A stretch of DNA of 63,830 nucleotides, filler included, from Bigelowiella natans CCMP2755 (lineage: Eukaryota > Protista > Cercozoa), in the NCBI GenBank assembly GCA_000320545.1. It is 7 parts of 7 records of this genome, joined end to end, with 100 filler letters (N's around TTAATTAATTAA, not from the genome) between each part and the next. Parts side by side here need not be neighbours in the genome. Positions count along the whole stretch, not along the records: positions 10,993 to 38,023 come from ADNK01003156.1; 6 more parts are not named here. One strand, written 5' to 3'. The notes beneath the pieces were generated by a model. It did no database searches. It saw only the letters and a list, made by a program, of their open reading frames with translations, and was not told the DNA's origin. Shown in pieces: positions 22,410 through 30,600 of this stretch; the stretch's first letter is position 1; every line of letters starts with the position of its first letter. The translations under genes were made by a program, and so were the position numbers.

Positions 22410-23810
22410 TCATTGATGATGCACTCTTCGTATCCCTTCTTTAGCTCGATCTTTACTGGGGTAAGCTTGCTGGAGGGCTTCGTCGTCGGCTTTGATACTG
22501 TTCTGCTTTTTGTTCTTATATTTATTGTTCTTCCCGTTGTTGCTGCCTTGCCATTTGCTGTTGTTATATCCTTGTCCTCTGCCTTTCTTTCTCTTTAACT
22601 TCTCGTAGTGTTCGTTGAGCTGCCTGATCGTCATCCTGGGTCGTCCTTCTTTCCTGTCTCTGCAGTCTTTAGCGGTGTGTTTCCCTTTACGTGAGCAGTA
22701 TCCGCAACGTCGGTTACCTTCCCTGTCCTTGTACCAGTCTCGCTGCGGCTTAATAGCGTTAATGTTTCCTATGCCAGGTACCTTAGGGCTGGTAAACTTG
22801 CGGTCCTGCTCCTGCTCGCGTAGGGATATAGCCTGCACTGCTGCCTCCATCGTGGTGTAGCCTTTCTCCGTAACGTAAGTGGATTCCTTTATCTTTAACT
22901 TGAACTCTTCAAACCTTGCCTGATCATCACCTGTGTTGTAATTAAAATCATGTAGTTCGTCGATCATATCCTGGAAGCGCGTGGCAAAGTCTCTAACAGG
23001 TTCTCTCTCATGCTGCATCATTGCTCTGTATTTTCTAATAGCCTGGGGTAGGGAGTTAGCATCCTGTTCATTTACAAAAGCCTTCATTATCGCCTCAACG
23101 TCTCGTAGCCCACTAACTGTAGTGTGTATTTTCTCTAGCTGCCTGATCCGGGTCCTGCCTGTCTCGTAAAGGTCCATTGCCTGATCATCACCTGTGTTGT
23201 AATTAAAATCATGTAGTTCGTCGATCATATTAAAGTCGCAGAGTATACTCCTAGCGTTCTTCCACCACCTCCTTGCCTCACCTCTTTTCCCGTTGTATTT
23301 CGTTATCATAACCGGTGCTGTTTTAACAGACATGAACTGGGTGTTCCGCTGTACCGGCTGCTGCTGCTTGACGGTGCTCTGGGTCGTCCCCCGCGAGGCG
23401 CCCAGACCCCCGTCGTTCCTAAACAAAGCTGCCCACTCTGGAGGTAAGTCTGCTTCGTAATCCATGATGTCCTGCATGATAGCTGCCCAAACATCATGTG
23501 TCTGATACTTGTATTCTATCGATACTTTCAGTTTGGCGTAGTTGCTCGCCCTGGGTCGCAAGGCTCGTAATGCCATTACGACCTTCTTGCTTTCGGCGGC
23601 CACGTCCTCGTCGTCCGCCTCGTAGAAGTTCTCCAGTGCCTCTGCTGCTGCATCTGCTTTCTTAATCCCGGGTGCTGGTCCCGGCGGTGCCTGTGGAGGT
23701 GTTCCTCCTCCTTCCTTAGCGTCCGTATCGCCCTTCCTTTCCTGTTTCTGCTCGTGCCCTTGCACGGCCTGCGAGCCAAAGTCCTGCTGTTCTTCTAGCT
23801 GCTGTGACAT
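22410..23810 (-). CDS. Gag-only ORF with a frameshifted 3' tail (466 aa)
   Basis: Same ATG as copy 2; keeps the zinc knuckle; after the deletion junction at about 22492 it reads SIKADDEALQQ...RVHHQ*. Confidence 0.85.
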   Translation of the reverse strand: MSQQLEEQQDFGSQAVQGHEQKQERKGDTDAKEGGGTPPQAPPGPAPGIKKADAAAEALENFYEADDEDVAAESKKVVMALRALRPRASNYAKLKVSIEYKYQTHDVWAAIMQDIMDYEADLPPEWAALFRNDGGLGASRGTTQSTVKQQQPVQRNTQFMSVKTAPVMITKYNGKRGEARRWWKNARSILCDFNMIDELHDFNYNTGDDQAMDLYETGRTRIRQLEKIHTTVSGLRDVEAIMKAFVNEQDANSLPQAIRKYRAMMQHEREPVRDFATRFQDMIDELHDFNYNTGDDQARFEEFKLKIKESTYVTEKGYTTMEAAVQAISLREQEQDRKFTSPKVPGIGNINAIKPQRDWYKDREGNRRCGYCSRKGKHTAKDCRDRKEGRPRMTIRQLNEHYEKLKRKKGRGQGYNNSKWQGSNNGKNNKYKNKKQNSIKADDEALQQAYPSKDRAKEGIRRVHHQ

Positions 23811-23826
23811 TGTTAGTCAAATCGTT

Positions 23827-23844
23827 TCCCGTGTGTGGAAGCCA
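23827..23844 (-). promoter_or_regulatory. Putative primer-binding site, copy 1
   Basis: TGGCTTCCACACACGGGA begins 5 nt inside the 5' LTR; the complement ends in CCA like a tRNA 3' end; primer tRNA not identified. Confidence 0.5.
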
Positions 23845-23849
23845 AAGGT

Positions 23850-24175
23850 TGTTGCGCGTAAGGTGTTCACAGGCCGAGGCGCTACGTGCACAAGTAGGCA
23901 GGGGGGGGGAAAGGCACGTTTGCTTCCTTTTGAAGAGTTGTGTTTATTTTTATTAAAGATTATATTTTTATTAAATCGTGCACTGCGTAATCATTCGCGA
24001 AGCTTTCGCGAATGCCGCCGCACGTGGGGCAGCACACTTCCGGTGTGCTGCCATGAGTCCCGCCGGAACCCACGTGCCTATGCTGTATTAATATCTACGT
24101 TATCTATATTCTATATCCGCGACAACCCCTTTGTTGTCGCACGTGACTTGTGCCCGCGTAGTGGTACGCGCTACA
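23850..24175 (-). repeat. 5' LTR of copy 1 (326 bp)
   Basis: Same TG...CA sequence as the other LTRs. Confidence 0.97.
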
Positions 24176-24630
24176 AAGACTTCATTGCTTTCTGCTCACT
24201 GCGCACATGCAACATGGATGGATGACCACGTGATTGTGATCATGGACCTTGCAACTCCAGAAACAAACAGGTCCTGTGAGAGGTGTTGCAATGCAACGCA
24301 AAACATGCACGCGTGTCGTGCACGCGAACAAACTGTTTCACTCACTCACACATCGTTTTGGTCGGCACCATCAATGGTGGCCACGTCCAAACGTTGCACG
24401 CTTCAATTGTCTACATTGGACTCGCTAGCTCGTGGAAGCTCGGTTAGTGTGAAATTGGAAAACCCTTGTTTTTCTTTTGGCCTTGATGTGACAACACTGA
24501 ACGTTGGCCGGATGAGACTCGACAGTGCATGCTCCCCTTTTCGAATGAGAATGCATGCCGTTCTGACGGGAACGACAACGCTCGACGTCTTTCCACGGGA
24601 AGCATGCAGGCCGTTAAGCACAAAGCACAA
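24176..24630 (-). pseudogene. Decayed reading frame, 5' part
   Basis: ORF 24403-24630 is in the same frame as 18862-19257 once the insertion is removed; internal stops at 24403, 24346 and 24196 are all TGA. Confidence 0.45.
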
Positions 24631-25103
24631 TCACACAGTTGCATTGTGCTGCCCCTAGAGCGTCATGTCGAGACAAAGGCCCTTCTGAGAATGCTACCCC
24701 GATTCCTTGCAATTTGCACAAACGACAGCGATTATTTGATGACGCGCCTGTTTTTGGGAATGGATTTCGCATGGGAACAGCCTAGACTTTGCATGCAAAT
24801 GTGCCGGGTTTCATCTCATACATGGGTAAGCAGCCGTGCGAGGCTCGTCTGTGCTTCTGAAGACCCAACGTGTGGATGGACTATAAATAGAAGAACCATC
24901 CAATGGCGCCTGCTGCATAACGGCAGAGATAAAGAAATAAAAATATCTATATCATATACACTTATTGACGAACACCAACACATTGCGTTCCCTTCAATCG
25001 AAGCCTCAAATCATTTGGAGTAAAACGTTATCTGAGGAACAAAGGTACAAATCAGTCTATTCTACCTTGAGTCTTCGTTTTGTGTGATATAACGTGCAAT
25101 TAG

Positions 25104-25967
25104 ATGTATACTCCTTCTGGGGCTAATGAGCTTACTGTTGCTGCTATGGGTGGCTTCCAGTGGCTGCTTGCATTTAGTCTTCTTGTTTTCTGTGGCACCC
25201 AAGTTTTTGTTGCCCACACCAGAAATCGTACAAAATCGTACGTACACCGTTTTAACTTTTTGGTCTCTATATTTCTAACGGTGATGGCGATAGATCCTCA
25301 AAGATTATATGGTAGTTATGATCTTTCCTCGTATTTTGGTCTGGATTTATCTCTCATTTTTGTATTTTAGGAATCTATCCTTGGCAGTTGGTGTTTGGAT
25401 TGTGGGCCTGCGGGAAAGCTTGTCTCTGTTTGAGTTTATCTATTGTTTTTGTACTCGTTATTCGGGCAAAGGCGCGTATAAAGAAGATATGTCTTCCGAA
25501 AAAGCACATTGCTGTGACTTGTTTTGGAACATTATTCGTACTTGCCTTACATACATGCGAAATTGTCACGACAGCTATTGATGGGGCGGTCGGAAATGGT
25601 GTATTCACAGCGCTACAAATGTTTCTAGGATCGATTTACTTCCTTTATTTGACGTGGCCTCTACAGTATCTGCGAGAGGAACAGCATCGAACTATTGAAG
25701 TCATGGTGTCAAGTCGAAAAGAATCGTTTCGAAATGTAGTCGGAGACGGTAAATATGTAAACCCAAATCCTAATTCATCGTTCAAAGATTCCTGTTTTCC
25801 TGTTTTCTAATCAGAAATATTGAAAAAGATCATGTACAAGTTGGACGTTCTTATCAATATCGCGCTTTTCATTTCTGTGTCTTCTCTCCTATCCGCACTT
25901 GTAAACCCTAACTGTTGAAATTATCTATTCCCAGAAATATTATATGCACTTGTTAACCAATACTAGA

Positions 25968-26018
<51 letters not shown>

Positions 26019-27074
26019 TACATTAGGCCATCACAATATTAATGGCAGTATTTAACGATATATCCCTAGCCTTTTACCAAGGAGACAATCCATCCGTTAA
26101 GGGCATAATTTTCGAGGTTTGATAGCTACTACATTAAATCAAATTGTCTTCAATGAGTACGAAATGAATGCCAATTATTATTGCAGATGAATCATTTCAT
26201 CTCGATGTGTTTCTCCCTTGGCTGGGCAGTGTATTACACTTGGGTTCCAGTAACAGCAAAAGATTTGAGGAATCTAAGCAAACCGAGCGGAGTAATTACT
26301 CCTCAAAGCGGAAGTAAACGTAGGAGATCGTCACTTAGATCGGTTTCTAAGCTGTCACCCTCTAAGAAGATGTCGCAAACTTTGACCGCCACGGGGTATA
26401 CTAATAGTATGACGCGCCATTCGAAGAGCGATTTAAAAGAGAGCAGGGAGAGTATCAGCCGCAAAACCAGTCTTCCACCATCGCACAGTTTGAAAAATCA
26501 AATGCGCGCGTTCTTAGGAAATCGTGAGGATCATAACATAACAAAATTTACCACACCACATCCAGTGTCTAGAACAAACACTCCGATGAAGACACATCGA
26601 TCAAATGTGTCAACCCCGATGAAAACTCATAGATCGAACGCATCTAACCCGAGTGTGGGAGTAGAACAGAAAGAAAGAAAACGTAGACCATCTACAGTTT
26701 CGTTGGCAGATAACTTTTCAAATGCTTCACCAACGAATCAAATTGTCAGCAAACACATGCATCAACTGAAAATACCTTCAGTATCGCCCACACGGAATCA
26801 TTATCATCAGCAACTAAAACGACAGATGCAGACTCCCTCAGCTTGTGATAATTTGTGCATTTTAGACACCCCTCCACACAGAACTGCAGAATCGAATCAG
26901 AATAACGTAAATCCAATTCGTCCTGAAGTAAGGTCAAACAGGACGTCGATATCCTCAATGACAAACATTGTCAGAATGAGTCACACAAGAATGACACCTA
27001 AAAATATGGACACCATTGTTACTCCCGCAATGAAGACACAAAAAGATGAAACGTTAGAGCTTGCAACTGTTTAG
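25104..27074 (+). CDS. Multi-pass (about 7 TM, GPCR-like) membrane protein with a long Ser/Thr/Pro/Arg-rich C-tail
   Basis: Hydrophobic exons (GGFQWLLAFSLLVFCG; FNFLVSIFLTVMAIDPQRLYG|IYPWQLVFG; CLCLSLSIVFVLVI; GVFTALQMFLGSIYFLYLTWPL; INIALFISVSSLL; FISMCFSLGWAVYYTWVP) followed by a low-complexity tail; short GT-AG introns; start codon tentative. Confidence 0.75.
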
Positions 27075-27301
27075 GGATTAATCATTTGATTTTCTTCACC
27101 CATGAAAAATCGCATTCGAACTACAACCAACAAATGTAACTGTAGTAACAATTAAGCTATCAGATTTCATGCCTATTCAATCTGCATTGTGACTTTTGTG
27201 CGTTTGAATGCATGAGAAGATTCATCATGGGCACAGATGACTTCGTTCCATGGACTGTGTTCCGTGGCGAAGTGTGTCAATGACAGGCTCGGATCACTGC
27301 A

Positions 27302-27627
27302 TGTTGCGCGTAAGGTGTTCACAGGCCGAGGCGCTACGTGCACAAGTAGGCAGGGGGGGGGAAAGGCACGTTTGCTTCCTTTTGAAGAGTTGTGTTTATT
27401 TTTATTAAAGATTATATTTTTATTAAATCGTGCACTGCGTAATCATTCGCGAAGCTTTCGCGAATGCCGCCGCACGTGGGGCAGCACACTTCCGGTGTGC
27501 TGCCATGAGTCCCGCCGGAACCCACGTGCCTATGCTGTATTAATATCTACGTTATCTATATTCTATATCCGCGACAACCCCTTTGTTGTCGCACGTGACT
27601 TGTGCCCGCGTAGTGGTACGCGCTACA
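27302..27627 (-). repeat. 3' LTR of copy 2 (326 bp)
   Basis: Same sequence as the other LTRs. Confidence 0.97.
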
Positions 27628-27635
27628 CCTCCCCC
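27628..27635 (-). promoter_or_regulatory. Polypurine tract (GGGGGAGG)
   Basis: Abuts the 3' LTR. Confidence 0.85.
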
Positions 27636-27678
27636 AAGTCACGTTGCTCCTTCCTTCCTTCCTTATTCCCTTAGACCT

Positions 27679-30600
27679 TCATCGCTTTCGGAACTTCACC
27701 AACCACCAGGTAATAGATTCCTCTCTAACCTTATCTCCTTTGTCGCTTACCCAGAACTCACCTTCGTCCTTAGGTTCGTGTCCATACCAGCCCTCTGCAT
27801 CAAGGTCCCCCAGGACCTTATACCAGTGCTCAAAGGGTAAGTCGGGAACAGCTAGGTAGAGTAGCTGATATTTTCCGTCCTTTATTTTCATAGCTACCCT
27901 CTCCATATTTCGTAATCCAGGGTAGCCTAGATAGACAATCTTCATGCGCCAATCGTCGTTCACCCTGACCTTATTGTTTCCATATTCCACATCGAACTTA
28001 GGTCGGGGTCCTAAACAAGGCATTGCTCGCTCCCACACAGTAGGGTTTACTTTAACATCCTCTAGGAGCTTCTCACCGATATCATAATTCTTTAGGTGAC
28101 TGATGTGGCGCAAGGTGACCCTGTTCCCATCATAGATGTAGTACTGCTTCCTCCCCTTCCTCTCGGTAACCTTTGCAACGCCACCCCAGAAGGGGTCTTG
28201 TTTATTTCTCGATCTCAGATTTACCTTGGCCCTAACATACTGTCCTTCCTTTAGAACTCGGCCATCGTACGGGACCTTCTCGTCTTCGCTCTCGGTATCG
28301 TCGTCGTTGTCGTCGCCTTCTTCCCTCTCCTTATCCTTGATACCTCCCCCAGACGTGAAGGTGTCGTTTACTAACCCTTGTATCTTGTCTGGTGTGGTGC
28401 TATTTATCCTGCTTAGGTTGGCCAAGGTGCGGTGGAGTCGCTCTACCTTGGAGTTGGACTGGGCATAGTATACAGGTGAGGCATCAATATTAGGGTGTGG
28501 TAGCTGTAGAAGAGAGGTCTCATTATCCACATGTAACTTCTTTGGTATCTTGTTTATGCTAACTTCATCAGGGATAGCCTGGAGCTCAGACTCCCAGGTA
28601 CGGTAGCAGTTAGTAAGCCTCTGCTTATATAAGCCTTTGTTCTTCTTAGCAACGTTGACCTTGATAATCTTTTTAACCCAGCACTTTCCAGTGGCCACAT
28701 CAACGAAGGTAAGGTAGTGATAGCCATCGTACTTATAAACATCAATTTGCACGATATCTAAGAAGTTCCTTGCTTTGATTTTCTTAGATGCACGGCTCTT
28801 GCTGGACTCCTTGGTGGCGACGCCTGCCGCCTTCAAGCTGGAGCACCTGCAGCCACGCAGGTATGTCCTTATCTCTTTTAGCTTGTAGGGCCAGTAGTAA
28901 TGGTAGAGTAGAGCAGTGATATGGTTTTCTCCTACGTGTGCAGGTCCATGGGCGGTAAAGAGAAGGGCTCCCCTGGTCCGCCGTGGCACGTAGGTACGCC
29001 TAACATTATTAGTGTATACATATATCCTATCACTAAGTACCTCATGCTTGTGTTTGTATTTATCCAGGTGTTCTTGAAGGTGCTGGAGCTCCTCTGGCTC
29101 AGGCAGGAAGTCGCCGTCCTCGAAGGTAATCGCGTTAACCATAGGGGTGACCTGGGTAGGGACTTTCTTTTCGAACAGCCTGCTGAAATAGTCAGCAAGC
29201 TGCTTGTCTCCTGGTGCGTAGACCACTGTCCTCTTGTCCCTAAACTCTTCCGTGTCCGCCCTCATAGCTGCATACTCATCGTTAGGCGCTTCGAGCTTGC
29301 GGTCGATGCCTAGGAGGGGCTTGTGGTCAGTCATTAAGGTGAAGCTGGGCACCGACAGCAGGTAGTATCTTAGTTTCCTCTGCGCCTCAGTCATGGCTTT
29401 ATACTCTCCTTTTGTAGGGCTGTACTTGGCCTCAGCTGCTGTGCAGGCCCTGCCCCACACCCGTATGATCTGCTGGTCTTGGGTAAGTACAGCAGCCATA
29501 CCTAGCTTAGACCAGTCTGTCCATAGGGTAGCTGGTCTAGTAGTGTCTAGCTTAGCATTCAATAGGGTGTTGCTGCATAACTTTATTAGGTTATCGAAGT
29601 GGGCATCAAGGCCAGCCTTGGCCCACACCTTAGCGAAGCTGAGGCCTACAGAGTTCTCCTTCCGGTAAGCAGTAGTAAAAGCAGCTGCAGTCCTAGCGTA
29701 GGTAGGGGAGAACCTACGTAGTATCCAAGCTGCAGTCTGCAAGAATGACTTTAACTCCTTTGCATTCTTAGGTTTAGGGGCTTGCTGTAGTGCTGCTACT
29801 TTCTCGGGGTTTGGGGTGATGCGGCCTTGCTCCAGGTAATATCCACACCACTTGATTCTTGTAGCTAGGAATGTACACTTCTGCAGTCTAATAGTAAAAC
29901 CGAAGTGTGCAAACCTAATAAATATATTTTCCAGGAGGAAGATCTGAGCGACGACTGTGTTGGTACATATTATGTCATCATCCACATACACAAACACAAA
30001 CACCCACAACACAGACGCCATCCCATCATGTGTGTATGCCCTGTAGTTCTGACTACTGAACGCATCCCCTGATATGCTTAGGCCGTAAGGGAATACGACG
30101 AAGTGCCACTTCCTGTGCCTGCTGGAGAACGCGGTAATGGGGCGGGAGGTTTTGTGGATGGGTGTCTGCATGTATGATTCATTTTTATCTAGGGAAGAGT
30201 AGTATTTGTATCCTATGACGTGTTCAATAACGTCATCTATCCTTGGTGTAGGTGTCTGGATCCTCTTTATTACTCGGTTGTGGCGGATGAAGTTGTGCGC
30301 CAGGCGGAAGAAAGGGTAAGTAGGTTTCTTAGCTAGCACATGTCTCACGTTCCATGGTGAGTTGCTTGGCTCTATCTTCCCTTCCTTTGCCCATTCATTG
30401 ATCTGCCACTCTATCTTTTCCCAGTCCGCTTCCGGTCGCCTATGTTCTGGGTCATTGATGATGCACTCTTCGTATCCCTTCTTTAGCTCGATCTTTACTG
30501 GGGTAAGCTTGCTGGAGGGCTTCGTCGTCGGCTTGGTGATGTCAGAGTACTTCTCGTTTAATATTTTATTAATGTACTTTTTGCCTTTGTCGATATCCCA

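Larger units (their letters stand above)
19260..24175 (-). mobile_element. Ty3/Gypsy-type LTR retrotransposon, copy 1 (non-autonomous; 4916 bp)
   Basis: TG...CA LTRs at both ends; 4-bp TSD AAGA (19256-19259 and 24176-24179); matches copy 2 except a 797-bp deletion, a 56-to-53-nt templated replacement in gag and one SNP seen (19632 T vs 27674 G). Confidence 0.97.

Noticed and set aside
20184-22860. Antisense ORFs within the retroelements (80-154 aa, duplicated in copy 2)
   Set aside because: Short shadow ORFs opposite a long coding frame, mostly with non-ATG starts and no motifs.
22916-23230. Template/variable repeat pair next to an RT as a diversity-generating retroelement
   Set aside because: The copy is exact, with no adenine-specific substitutions; the RT is LTR-type; absent from the intact copy.
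23850-27627. LTR-host gene-LTR as a third retroelement that captured the 7TM gene
   Set aside because: No PBS next to 27301, no PPT next to 24176 and no shared TSD; each LTR is accounted for by its own element.
27679-27720. WLVKF at the polyprotein end as a chromodomain (YLVKW)
   Set aside because: The protein stops three residues later; the rest of the chromodomain pattern is absent.
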